Positions 11,490 to 25,151 are shown, numbered from the stretch's first letter. The stretch is 64,000 nt of DNA from Eledone cirrhosa (GCA_964016885.1 OZ024760.1:17856001-17920000), one strand, 5' to 3'. Made by a program: numbers and translations. Notes: generated by a model from the letters alone, not told the origin.

Positions 11490-11845
11490 TCGGGCTTATT
11501 GAGATGAGAGGTAGAATAACTCTAGGATCTAGGGTAGGGTTAGAGTTAGGGTACCTTATTGAGATGACAGGTAGAATAACTGTAGGATCTAGGCTAGGGT
11601 TAGGGTACATTCACCTTATTGAGATGACGGGTAGAATAACTCTTGGGTCTAGGTTATGGTTAGGGTTAGGGTACCTTATTGAGATGACAGGTAGAATAAC
11701 TCTTGGGTCTAGGATAGGGTTAGGGTACATTCACCTTATTGAGATGACGGGTAGAATATTAAAAAAACCGCGGTTGGGGGTTAGGGTACCGTCAGTTTAT
11801 TCAGATGACCGATAGAATAATTGTAAGGCTTAGGGTAGGGTTAGC
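11490..11845. repeat. 60-bp minisatellite containing TTAGGG motifs
   Basis: CTTATTGAGATGA at 11495, 11555, 11615, 11675, 11735. Confidence 0.9.
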
Positions 11846-12509
11846 TCAAGGAGGTGGAAGAAACTGTAGGGCAGAAGTCAGGGGTTGGGAGAATGAGTAA
11901 GGGTGGAAGTCAGGAGGTGGGAGAAAGTGTAAGATAACAGTGTGGGGTGGGAGAAACTCATTTGTTTTCCGTCGCCATCTTTGTAATTCTAGTCCCAGAT
12001 AAAAACAAACAACAACAAAATTAAAGGAGGAAATAAAATGAATCAAAACAAGCAAAAGAAAAAAACAAGATTAAGTTTAAAGAAAGTCAGATTAAAACAA
12101 GGTGGGTGGGTGGGAGAATGGGGTGTTTGGGGTGGTTATGTTACGGGTATGTGTGTGGTAGGGGAGGTGGTTATGTTACGGGCGGGTGTGTGTTGTAGGG
12201 TAGGTGTTGGAGGTGGTTAAGTTACGGGGGTCGTGCTGGGGTTGTGTGTTAGTAATAAACATATTTCATCACGTTGACCAAGATAAAGATCAGAGGTAGA
12301 GGTGTCGGTAACAATGATAGTGGTGGCGGTTGTGGTGGTGGTGGTGGTGGTGGTGGTTCTGGTGGTGTGGTGGTAGTGGTTGTGGTGGTGGTGTTGTGGT
12401 GGTGGTGGTTGTGGTGGTAGTGGTTGTGGTGGTGGTGATTGTGGTGGTGGTGGTGGTGGTTGTGGTTTTAGTGGTTGTAGTTGTGTTGATGGTGGTGGTT
12501 GTGATAGTA

Positions 12510-13350
12510 ATGTCTGACGTCCACCCAAGGTGAGATGAACTAGCCTCCAACCTATGTATCTAAACGGAGGCCACCTATGCACAGCGATCACAGATGCCTG
12601 ACGTTCACATAAGATAAGTTGAGCCATACACGACGATCACAGATGTCTGAGTTTCACCCAAGGTGAGTTGAGTCAACCTCCAACTAATGTATCTAAAACA
12701 TTCTGAACGAAGGCCACCTATGCACAGCGATCACAGATGCCTGACCTCCACCCAAGATGAGATGAGCCAGCCTCCAACTAATGTATCTAAAACATTCTGA
12801 ACGAAGGCCACCTATGCACAGCGATCACAGATGCTTGACGTCCACCCAAGATGAGTTGAGCCAGCCTCCAACTAATGTATCTAAAACATTCTGAACGAAG
12901 GCCACCTATGCACAGCGATCACAGATGCTTGACGTCCACCCAAGATGAGTTGAGCCAGCCTCCAACTAATGTATCTAAAACATTCTGAACGAAGGCCACC
13001 TATGCACAGCGATCACAGATGCCTGACCTCCACCCAAGATGAGATGAGCCATCCTCCAACTAATGTATCTAAAACATTATAAACGGAGGCCACCTATGCA
13101 CAGCGATCACAGATACCCGGCGTTCATCTAAGATAAGTTGAACCATGCACGGCGATCACAGATGTCTGAGTTTCACCCAAGGTGAGATGAGCCAGCTTCC
13201 AACCAATGAATCTGAAACACTGTGAACGGCGGTTACCTATGCAAAGCGATCACAGATGTCTGGCGTTCATCTAAGATAAGTTGAACCAGCCTCCAGCCAA
13301 TGTATTCACAACATTGTCAACACAGCTGCCCATGCTGGGTAATCACTGAC
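12510..13350. repeat. 94-bp tandem repeat
   Basis: GGCCACCTATGCACAGCGATCACAGATG at 12712, 12806, 12900, 12994, with diverged edge copies. Confidence 0.92.
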
Positions 13351-13977
13351 GTCTGATGTAGATATTGTTAACCTGTCACGATTCCAGCGGCCGACACCGT
13401 ATATAGGGCGGTGTGTTCTAATTTATATACACTCACATATCTACACATGCTTGTTAGACAAACATAACACATTCATACACATACCATACATATCACACAC
13501 ACCACACAGTTACACACCACACACATATATATATATACAGTATATATATATATATATATATAGTAAATATATATATATATATAATAAATGTATATATATA
13601 TATATATATAGTAAATGTATATATATATAATAAATGTATATATATATAATAAATGTATATATATATATATATATAGTAAATGTATATATATATAGTAAAT
13701 ACATGTATTTTAATTTGGTTTTCTTTCACCGTATGTCCAGTGGAGTGAATCGAGATGAGAAGATGTCACGGTGACTGATTCTCAACAACTCTAGTAAAGT
13801 GATACACAAACAGACGACGACAACCTTCACCATTCCGTCCCAGCCTCTTTCCTTCCCTTCCTTCTTTCCCTTCCTTCCTTCCTTCTTTCCTTCCTTCTGT
13901 CTTATCCATGCCACATCTCAAACTATTCTATAAAATGTCACATTGAATTAGTTTATCCTTTTATTATTTGACTGGTT

Positions 13978-14680
13978 TAAGGACGGTGACTTGGCAGAAT
14001 CGTTAGAGCACGGACGACATGCTTTGCAGCATAGAGTTACGGCCTTTTACGTTCGGAGTTCAAATCCCGCTGAAACTACGTAAATTTGCTGGCCTTGTGT
14101 CTAAATCAGAAACCGTTATTTTATTGGTTTGGGGGCGGTGGATTGGCAGAATCGTTAGAGCAACGGACGACATGCTTTGCGGCATAGAGTTACGGCCCTT
14201 TATGATCTGAGTTGAAATCCCGCTGAGGTTAACTTTGCCTTTCATCCTTACGAGGTTGATAAAATAAACTACCAGTAATGCACTGGGGTCGTTTTAATCG
14301 ACTTCCCTTCCCCCAAATTACTGGCTTGTGCCTATGGTAGAAATCACTATTCTGAGTTCAAATCCCGCCGAGGTTAACTTTGCCTTTCATCCTTACGGGG
14401 TCGATAAAATAAAGTACCAGTAATACACGTGAATTGCTGGCCTTGTGCCAAAAGTAGAAACAATTATTTGACTAGTTTTAGAGTGGTGAATTGGCAGAAT
14501 CGGTAGAGCAACGGACGACAGGCTTTGCGGCATAGAGTTATGGCCTTTTACGTTCTGAGTTGTAATCCCGCCGGGGTTAACTTTGCCTTTCATCCTTACG
14601 GTGTCGATAAAATAAACTACCTGTAATGAACTGGGGTCAATTTAATCGACTTTTTCTTCCCTCAAAATTGCTGGCTGACT
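13978..14680 (+). mobile_element. Head-to-tail cluster of SINE family 1 copies
   Basis: Repeated TGGCAGAATCG.TAGAGCA (A-box), GAGTTCAAATCCCG (B-box) and core. Confidence 0.88.
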
Positions 14681-15885
14681 TTCTCTTCATTTTAGATTGT
14701 GCTAAATAGAGACAATTATTTTACTGGTTTCAGTCATTAGACCGTGGCCATGCTAGGGCACCACACTCTTTTTGTGGCATCGCCTTTATTTAATCAATAT
14801 CGACCCCGCTACTTATTTTTCTCAAGTCTGGCACTAATTTGCCATGGGTCTCACATTTGCTATGAGACCCCATATTTGGTATGGGGCCCACATATGCAGG
14901 GATCCCAAATTATAAGGGGCTCTGCACTTTCAGGAGCACCACATTTTCAGGGACACCACATTTTCAGTGATCCCACATTTTCAGAGCCACCACATTTTTC
15001 AGGGGTCCCACGTTATGTGCTATACACCACAGTAATATATGATATTTTCTTTAACTTTTATGTCACATTAAAAATAAAAACTAGGGCTCCTTTATAGTAA
15101 ATGCTGCAGGTCCCGGATTAACTTAATCCAACACTGAGAAACAGCTGTATGGTTAACCATGCGACAGACGGGCGTCCCGACCCTGGGGCAGAGAGTGTTG
15201 TACTTTCAGACGTTGAACGCTACATGAAATAGAGTTAAGTTCCGGTCTGGCAGACCTTTGGGCTTCAGAAAGACTTGAAACATTTCAATGGCTTCCTAAT
15301 TATCATTAACTGTTATATAACACAAAATAAAACCGTATGTGAATTGGGAGACACACACACACATACACACAGATACAGAGACACAAACACAAACACAGAC
15401 ACATACACACAGATACAGAAACACAGACACACATAGATACAGAGACACAAACACAGACATACAAACACACACATTTATACAAGCATATCGAATTCACACA
15501 CAGACAACACAAGCACACACACATACACACATACATACACACATACATACAAACACTAACATATACACACACACACACACATATATATACACATACACAT
15601 ATATATACATACAAACATACGCACACACATGCATACTTACATAGAAACCCCCCCACACACACACACACAAACAATTATACACTAACATACATAAAAAGAT
15701 AAATATTCACAAACATACATACATACAGACACATAAACAAACACACACACATATATACACACAGATACATAAACATACAAACACAAACACACAAAGAAAC
15801 AAAGAAAATATTACAAAATATAAAAGTAACAAGAACCACCAAACCCCTAAACTCTAAGACTCTAAACAAACAAAAAACAACATTC

Positions 15886-16822
15886 CCTATATAGAAGTGG
15901 TTGATAGCTTCCGGTACCTAGGAGATCAGGTTAGCAAGGGAGGTGGAGGGGGTGTTCCGAGGCCATAGTATCTAGAATAAGGACGGGTTGGAACAAGTTT
16001 AGGGAGCTGCTTCCTCTGTTGACAAAGAAGGGTTTCTGTACACAATACAGATCTTGGGTACACAAGAGATGTAGTGGGTTAGCAGGCAAACTAACAGGTA
16101 GGGAAAAATATGTATGCAGTAGATGTACAGGGACATTTGACAGTAGAAGTCGCAGTGATAGACACATTTTTCAAATGCAGGTGGGTTCTATAGAAGTGGT
16201 TGATAGCTTCCGGTACCTAGGTGATCAGATTAGCATGGGAGGAGGGTGCTCCGAGGCCATAGTATCTAGAATAAGGACGGGTTGGAAGAAGTTTAGGGAG
16301 CTGCTTCCTCTGTTGAGGAAGAAGAGTTTCTCCCTGCGTACGAAAGGACGGTTATATGATGCCTGTGTGAGGAGCGCGATGCTGCATGGTAGTGAGACAT
16401 GGGCAACAACTGCAGAGGATATGCGACGGCTGGAGAGAAATGAAGCAAGCATGCTCCGTTGGATGTGCAATATCAATGTGTGTGAACGACCAAGCATGGA
16501 TGAGTTGAGAGAGAAACTGTGTATAAGAGGGATAGGCTGTAGTGTGCAGGAGAGAAGACAGCGTTGGTATGGACATGTGATGCGCATGGAGGATAACCGC
16601 TGGGTAAAGAAGTGCTAAGAAATCCCAGTAGAAGGAAGATGCAGTAGAGGGTGGAGATGCAGAAAAACATGGGCGGAGGTGGTGAAAGCAGACCTCAGAT
16701 TGCTGAAACTCACGGTGGAGATGACGAAGGACCGTGACAAGTGGAGAGATGTTGTGCTGAATAGGACCCATGCCACCCCTTGCAAGCAGAGAAAAGCGGA
16801 CGTAAAATGATCATGATGATGG
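15886..16822 (+). mobile_element. 5'-truncated RTE-clade LINE (RT C-terminus) with internal duplication and (ATG)n tail
   Basis: EVVDSFRYLG..SRIRTGWKKFREL..KGRLYDACVRSAMLHGSETW..WYGHVMR; premature TAA at 16616-16618; 15887-16037 duplicates 16187-16330; tail ATGATCATGATGATG. Confidence 0.92.
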
Positions 16823-17099
16823 TATATTTTTCCTAAACCATAAAACCAAATTTGTGTAAAAAGAAACGCAGCGTTCTGTTTTTAATTGAATTACCCTGGT
16901 CACGTGATATTGTTAGAATACTCTGGAAGCTGTTTTTGTTGCTTTTTATATTCCGTTATATTGTTCTTTTAATCTTTTAATCTTAAATTCCTTTAAATTC
17001 CTTTATTTTTCCTTTATTTTCTTTAGTTTTCCTTCTCCTCGTCTCAACGATTTCGACTTTTCCTTCATTTTCACTTCCTCAAGAATTCGTTATAATATA

Positions 17100-17147
<48 letters not shown>

Positions 17148-17557
17148 ATATATATATATATATGATATATATATATATATGTGTGTATATATATGTATAT
17201 ATATATATCTGTATGTGTGTGTATATATATATGTGTGTATGTGTGTGTATATATATATGTGTGTGTGTGTGTATGCATATATATATATGTACGCATATAT
17301 ATATATGTATGTATATATATATGTATGTATATATATATATATGTATGCATACACACATACATATATACGCATATACACATACATATATATATATGTATAT
17401 ATTTATGTGTGTGTGTGAGTATGCATATATATATATGTATATATATATAATACACACACACATATATACATATATATATATATGTATATATATACACACA
17501 TACATATATATGTATATATTGTACATTACATTATATATATATATATATATATACACG

Positions 17558-17636
<79 letters not shown>

Positions 17637-17813
17637 GCACACATATGTGTATATTCTACATACCTGCACATCACACTGCCATACATTATACATACCTGCA
17701 TGTAGTAGGACAGCAGAGATTATCACTAACTATGCACACGTGTTTGTGCGTGGGTTGGATGAAGCTATCAAATGTGCAAATACATATGTCGGTTAATCAT
17801 AGAAGTCTGTGTA

Positions 17814-17845
17814 CTAGCAGTGGTACCCGGCGTTGCCCGGGTAAT
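17814..17845 (-). mobile_element. Helitron-type 3' terminus
   Basis: Minus strand CCCGG-gcaacg-CCGGG hairpin followed by ..CTGCTAG|T; 5' end not identified. Confidence 0.6.
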
Positions 17846-18324
17846 GAATACACAGAAAAAAAGTTGTTTTTATTTCATTCTATTTGATGTTTCTTACAAA
17901 TCGATTAACAAAAAAGACATGCCTACAATCACGTTGACAAATGTATACTTATACATACGATAGCTCGCTATTACTGATGCACCCCGCCATATATATATAT
18001 ATATATATATAATGGAAAAATTTGAACAGGGACAAAACAGAGAGGCAGTACAACAAATGTTTATTAATTTCACGCTCTGGAGAGTGGGGTGTTGGTGAGA
18101 GAGAGAGAGAGAGAGAGAGTGATGGGGAGACACACACATATATCTCAAGATCTGGGTTCATGTCTCATGTACGACAATACTCATCCGTTTTTTTGCATTC
18201 AGAGGTTTTTTTAAAAATAAAATCCCAACAGACTAATTCTATTTAGTCAAATACGGCGTAAGCACATGTTACTACCTATTTTCAAATTCGCTAGCTGTTT
18301 GTAAAGAAGGCCTGCTTTGTGTCT

Positions 18325-18378
<54 letters not shown>

Positions 18379-18435
18379 TCCCTTCACCGTATTTATACCC
18401 ATAACATTTAATATTACTATGCATGGCGATGTGAA

Positions 18436-18615
18436 ATTATTATTATTATTATTATTGTTCTTTGAGTCTCAGTCATTGATGTTAGTTAACTGGAAAGTTT
18501 GTTGAAATGAATATCAAGCCACTACCTGCAGCCTCAGATATTCAGGACGTATCGGAGGGTTCTTGCTGTCCCCAGCAAACATGCCTTTTGAAGTGTTCCA
18601 AAAAGCGGGGCTGGA
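18436..18615 (-). mobile_element. R4/Dong-like (RLE-type) LINE 3' end with (TAA)n tail
   Basis: Minus strand translates TLQKACLLGTARTLRYVLNI*, matching the QKxxLLGTARILR terminal motif; followed by short UTR and (TAA)n. Confidence 0.7.
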
Positions 18616-18844
18616 CCAATTTTCTTTATTATTATTATTATTATTATCCTGCCCACTTAGGGTCTGTAATTAAAAACCTTGCTTTTAATATCTGCCTCTG
18701 ATGAGACCCCTGGACGAAACGCGTGCAAGAGGTATATAAAGATATGTTTTAACGGCTTGTAACTCTTTCATTCACTCTTTTGCTTTTTTTATATATATAT
18801 ATAGATATATATAGATATATATATAGATATATAGAGATATAGTG

Positions 18845-19057
18845 AAGGCGTGTGGCTGAGGGGTTAGAGAATTGGATTCGCAATCGTAAGGTTGTGAGTT
18901 CGATTCCTGGACCAGGCGATGCGTTATGTCCTTGAGCAAGACACTTTATTTCACGTTGCTCCTTTTACCTAGAGTTGCGACCGATAGATAGTATTAGCAA
19001 TTGGAAAGACCAACGGAAACATTGTTTCCTCGGTCCGATTTGACGAAAGTCGATCGT
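18845..19057 (+). mobile_element. tRNA-derived SINE family 2
   Basis: GGCGTGTGGCTGAG..GGTTAG (A-box), GAGTTCGATTCC (B-box), GTCCTTGAGCAAGACACTT core; inverted copy at 53947-54160, partial at 22670-22785. Confidence 0.85.
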
Positions 19058-20544
19058 TCCTTTAAATATAGTAATAATAATATATTTGAAGACTAAAATC
19101 CAAAGAGGGTTCGATAAGGATAAATATATATCAAATATATAAGAACCTTAGAGCATATTTAAAAACAACAAAGATACAGAACAGTTAATGTTATTAGATT
19201 CATTCTTAGATGTACGAGAGAAGAAAAAAAAAGATTTCAACGTATCGGACTTTAGTCGTTCGTCAGGAGATACAGTGAAAGGATAGAATATAGTTAAAAC
19301 GAGATTTAGGTGAATTAGTTAATGTATTCTTTATTTTGAATAAGTATATTTGATCAACAACCATTGTGAGAGGGTGGAGAGAAGGAGATGATTGAGTGAG
19401 AGACGGAAAGAGAAAGTGAGCGAAACAGAGTGAGAGAGAGAGAGAGAGAGAGTTACAATAACAAGGGAGTGTGGAGAAGGTGGGGCTGAGGTAAATATTA
19501 TTAAGGTATTGTAAGATATATTGTAGGTGTGAGGACTATAGAAGTCTTTATTGATGAATAACAGAAAATACAGGTAAATTGGGTAGAGTTTGTTAGTGGT
19601 GGTGGCGGCGGTGGTGAGTTTGTTGTTGGTGGTGGTGGCAGTGGCAGTGTTAGTGGTGTTGTTGTTGGTGGTGGTGGTGGTGGCAGTGTTAGTGGTGTTG
19701 TTCTTGGTGGTGGTGGTGGTGGTGGCAGTGTTAGTGGTGTTGTTCTTGGTGGTGGTGGTGGCGGCAGTGTTAGTGTTGTTGTTGTTGGTGGTGGTGGTGG
19801 TGGTAGGGTGTTGGTGGTGGTGGTGATGGCAGTATCAGGTGTGTTGTTGTTGTTGTTGTTGTTGTTAGTGTTGGTGGTGGTGGTGGGTCATGTGTCAATA
19901 CACAGCTAGTTGAGACCTGACAGAGGTCAGGTCAACTCGTCTTAAACACATCTTCTATAATGAAAAGATAGCAAAACTCGCTAAACACACACTAAACACA
20001 CAACACACACACTAAACACACACACTAAACACACACACTAAACACACACACTAAACACAAACAACACACACTAAACACACAACACACAGACAAACCAATC
20101 ATAACAGTTTTCATGGTTCATCTTTTTTTTTTTTTTTTTTTACCTTTTTGTATTGATTTTTGTTGTTATTTTTTTCTTTTATCTTAATTTATATACACAG
20201 ACATTCCCCCAGCCCACCCACTTACGTTACGGAATTTCGTCCTACGGAAATTGTAAAGTCTTTTCCTTCGCTCTGGGGACAGAGTCCGCAAACACTCCTT
20301 CCTTTCATTTTTTTTTTTTAAATTGTAAAATATAAGTACTAACCCCTAGATAGGCCGTGTGGCAATGTTGGTTATGCTGAAATAATAATTCAAATAATAA
20401 CGAAAAATTATTCTATGTACCTCTCTAATAAATAAAGCATTCCATCTATGGAACATAATCTGGTACACGGAAGAGCCGAACTCCCACTGTTATCGCCTCC
20501 ATCTATCTCGCCCTCCCCATCTCTCTGTATTATGAGCAAATGGG

Positions 20545-20690
20545 GTCCCACCCACGTGCTGACCACCCCACAGCCCCGGCGGACGGAATGAAGACGTTCC
20601 CCGGAGGATGGTAAGGGAGATGTTCTGGAAGAGTCATTCCATCTCGCGGGGCTCACACCCGTGGTTGGCCAGCTCAGTGCAGGGTCTGTA
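20545..20690 (-). mobile_element. CRE-like LINE 3' fragment
   Basis: Similar to 37205-37420 and 23895-23962 (CCCTTACCATCCTC.GGGGAA..CCATTC.GTCCGCCGGG). Confidence 0.6.
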
Positions 20691-22311
20691 ATTTTGAAGA
20701 TAATAAATAGTATTTGTCATAGAAAATAAGGATTGGTAAATTATTGTTATCGTTGAAGACAGCTTTGCCTTTCAGCCTTAATGGGTAGATAAAATAAAGT
20801 ACCAGTAACGCACTAGGGTCGATTTAATTAATTTACTCCTCGCCCACCTAAATTGCTAGCCTTATGCTTAAATCAGGAACGTTTCTTGTTATTATTGTTA
20901 TTATTTTAGTTCAAATCTTACTGGGGTTAGCTTTACCACAACAACGACAGCAATGATTACATCAACAACAGCCCTCACTATCACCAGCGCCACTACAACA
21001 ACAACACTACCAGTACAACCACAATAACAACCACATTCACACACAACACCACTCACTACCACCACAACAAGAACAGCAACACTCACTATCACCACTACAA
21101 CAACAACACTCACCACCACCATCACCACAGCACTCACCATTACCACCATCACCACCACCACCACCACCACCACAACAACAACAACAAAACTCACCACAAC
21201 AACAAGAACAGCACCACAACAACAACACTCACTATCACCACCACCACTACCACCACCACAACAACAACAACATTCCCTACCACAGCACTCACCACCACCA
21301 TCTCCACAACAGCACTCACTACCACAACAACAACAACAACACTCACCATCACTACCACCACCACCACAACAGCACTCACTACCACAACAACAACCATAGC
21401 TACAACAACAGCGTCAGAGGTACGAATTCTCACCGACGATTTCTTTGAACGTAGAACCTTTTGAAGATCATTGGTTAGACTTTCTAAGATATCAACAATA
21501 GGAACTAGACGAATACAATCAGTAAACACGACAGGCGCTGTATAAACACTGATATATATTATATATACACTGGAATTTTTTTTTTCAACACGCTGACGCG
21601 TATGTGTATATGTGTATACATACATTTATAAGTATGAGTATGTAAATATAAACTTAGACACACTTACAAAAACTACACACCACTCATAGACATACATTGA
21701 CACAAACACACACATGCATTTACACAAACACACACATGCACATACACTCACACACAGCGTAGCAAATGAAACGTCAGTCGCAGTTTTGCTATAGGTTTTT
21801 TTGTTTTTTTCACTTCACTATTCCCTTCCTTCCTTCCTTCCTTTTACACACACACACACACATACATTCACACAAACATATACACGCACACACATTGTGT
21901 GACGGATGGAAGCTACTCAAATTTATATATAGATTTGCTAGCAATAATAACAACTATTACTACAGCAATAACAACAACAACAGCACTATCAATAACACGT
22001 AGATGCACCTTAAACGATCTGTCATCGTATACAAAATTTCAGCTCTGAAGATAAGAGAAAAGAGAAGGGAAGATATTTATATATTTATATTCTTAGAAAA
22101 TGTAGAAATCTCAAACGCAAAAGATAACTGTAAACACAGTCGATTAGTATAAATAACAGCTTCGAAAATCGGTTAAAATATTCTTAGAGACAAAAAAAAA
22201 AAAAAAAAAATCTGCCGCAGTCACCACGAGGAAACGAACCCCGTATCTCTAGAGTTCTGTATCTTCCGTTTGTATTTCTATTTTCAAAAAACAATTTTTT
22301 AAGTTTTCCCC

Positions 22312-22663
22312 TTACCTTTAGCATTTAAATCGGCCATATCCAGCTAGAATTCTCTCACCTCTTTCTGTTCAAACCGGCTGTAACTGGCCACTCATACTGA
22401 TGTTAAAGTTTTGTTCTCAAAATTAATAACATCAAAATCTCATAAATTCGATATTATATCAGATAATTATGTACAAAAACACAATAGTATATATAGAGAG
22501 TAATGTAAATGCTAAAAAATACACACCCATAGACATACATTGACACAAACACACACCTACATTGACACAAACGCACACATACATTAACACAACAGTATAG
22601 ATAAAGCGTTTAGTACAAAAACACAATAGTATATATAGAGTAATGTAAATGCTAAAGGGTTAA
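22312..22663. mobile_element. piggyBac-like MITE with duplicated right end
   Basis: Left CCTTTAGCATTTA, right TAAATGCTAAAGGG|TTAA; 22471-22516 is repeated at 22613-22656. Confidence 0.7.
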
Positions 22664-22857
22664 AAAATTGTTTGGTTAGAGAATTGGATTCGCAATAGTG
22701 AGGGTGCAAATCGATTCGGCCTGGGTTTGCGACCAGTAGATAGTATTAGCAATTGGAAAGACCAATGGTCCGATTTGACGAGCTCCACTCCAATCGTTAA
22801 GCAAATCAGGTCTTAGATTTTGTTGATCAACTGTGTTTATCTCTCTCTCTCTCTCTC

Positions 22858-22896
<39 letters not shown>

Positions 22897-23043
22897 ATAA
22901 TAATAAATTTGAAGACTAAAATCCAAAGAGGGCTCGATAAGGATAAATATATATCAAATATATAAGAACCTTAGAGCAAATATTTATAAATATTTATATA
23001 TAAGCAGCGATTCTTTGCTTAAACTTTAATCTGTTATTTTAAT

Positions 23044-23077
<34 letters not shown>

Positions 23078-23504
23078 CACACACCCCTAAATAGATAATC
23101 TCCGGTTATTTTTGCACATATATACCAGAACAATCTTTTAGGTCACCATGACATTACTATGGTAACCTGTAACCAATGAAGAACTGTAGGAAACTATTGA
23201 TGCTTCAAATACAGACAGGAAATATTTATTCAATTAAATCCAATTAATTTTTATAATGCACCCTTGGGTCCCAAATACTAGTGGGGGGGGGGGGGGGGGT
23301 AAACAGGGAAGGGTTGGAATAAGCGAGGGCGGGGAGAATAAACCGGGGTTTGGAAAATCAGTCATTTTTCTAGGTTGTCGCCATTGCTTTTTAAAAAAAA
23401 CAGAATTAGTCGTTTAGTTTACAACCTATCCTATTTATTTTATAACGTATGGGATTTCTAATAATGCACTTTTTTTTGTCATGTATAATTGTTTCTACTT
23501 TAGG

Positions 23505-23620
23505 CACAAGGCCAGCAATTACCCAGTACATTACTGGTACTTTATTTTATCGACCCCGTAAGGATGAAAGGCAAAGTTAACCTCGGCGGGATTTGAACTC
23601 ATATCGTAAAGGAACGTAAC
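23505..23620 (-). mobile_element. SINE family 1 fragment
   Basis: Core and B-box in reverse. Confidence 0.85.
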
Positions 23621-24015
23621 TTTTTTTGTCATGTATAATGTTTTTTAATGGATAAAGGAAATTAATTGTCGCAGAAATGCTGCGACTTAAAATAAAATTT
23701 CACCCCCCAAGATAGATTAGAAAAAATTAATAAGTTAGGAAGTTGGAATAAGAGCGGTGGGGTGTGTGGAAAAAAATCTGAAAAAAAACTAAATAAGCGT
23801 CGGGGGAGTATTAGTAGAGATCCCGACAGTATGTAATAAAATAAATATTAAAGGATGAAAGTATGGGAAAGAGGAGCAGGTAGAGGGAGCTCCCCTACAT
23901 TCTTCCCTTACCATCCTCAGGGGAAAAGCCTTCTCCATTCTGTCCGCCGGGGCTGTGGGTCAAAGCGTGTTTATTTGTATACGCATCCACTTGTATATAT
24001 ATATATATGTATATA

Positions 24016-24059
<44 letters not shown>

Positions 24060-24119
24060 GTAATATGTATATATATGTATATGTAATATGTATATATATA
24101 TATATGTATATGTAATATG

Positions 24120-24154
<35 letters not shown>

Positions 24155-24221
24155 GTGTATATATATACACACTTGTATATGTATATGTATATATATATAT
24201 ATATGTATATATATACAGACT

Positions 24222-24254
<33 letters not shown>

Positions 24255-24271
24255 GTATATATATACACACT

Positions 24272-24319
<48 letters not shown>

Positions 24320-24322
24320 AGC

Positions 24323-24353
<31 letters not shown>

Positions 24354-24482
24354 AATATATATATATGTATATATAAGTATATATATATATATATATAAGT
24401 GTATATGTATATATAAGTATATATATAAGTGTATATGTATATATAAGTATATATATATATAAGTGTATAAATATATATATAT

Positions 24483-24945
24483 ATATTGTTATACTTGGGG
24501 AGGGTCATATTTGTGTAATAATATTGCCAGAATTAATAACAGAACACACTCACTGTTTGCTTGGTTTTCGCTTCTGTGTCTTTTATATCGGTTAATTTAA
24601 TTTATTCGGTCCTCAATGTTGCCATTGACTGACCAACGGTAAAAAATACAGATAAAATATAGACACAAACACATATATATAGTCTATCAAAGTTCTTTCG
24701 TTGCACATCTGCAACATCGTCAGTGTTGCTATTATGTTTCCTCCCGTTGCATTGTATGCTTTCGCCATCTTTATTTTACGCCATCTGTATTTTTGACCGT
24801 TGGTCAGTCAATGGCAACATTGAGGAGCGAATAAATTATATTAACCGATATAAAAGACACAGAAGCGAAAACCAAGCAAACAGTGAGTGTGTTCTGTTAT
24901 TAATTCTGGCAATATTATTACACAAATATGACCCTCCATAAGTAT

Positions 24946-24955
<10 letters not shown>
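24483..24955. repeat. Inverted repeat, ~170-bp arms with ~130-bp spacer, flanked by (TA)n
   Basis: 24483-24653 is the reverse complement of 24783-24955 with few mismatches. Confidence 0.9.
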
Positions 24956-24998
<43 letters not shown>

Positions 24999-25084
24999 TC
25001 GACACACGATTTCATATCAAAAACCTCGCAAAACTAATTCATCGCCGTTATATATAAATAAGTGTATATGTATATATATATATA

Positions 25085-25151
<67 letters not shown>

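Noticed and set aside
13980-14075. tRNA genes suggested by A and B boxes
   Set aside because: These are SINE heads: no cloverleaf seen, and they are typically followed by the SINE core or tail.
17071-17887. Numerous YI/CV/HT-repeat ORFs throughout the window
   Set aside because: Stop-free translations of (TA)n and (CA)n tracts.
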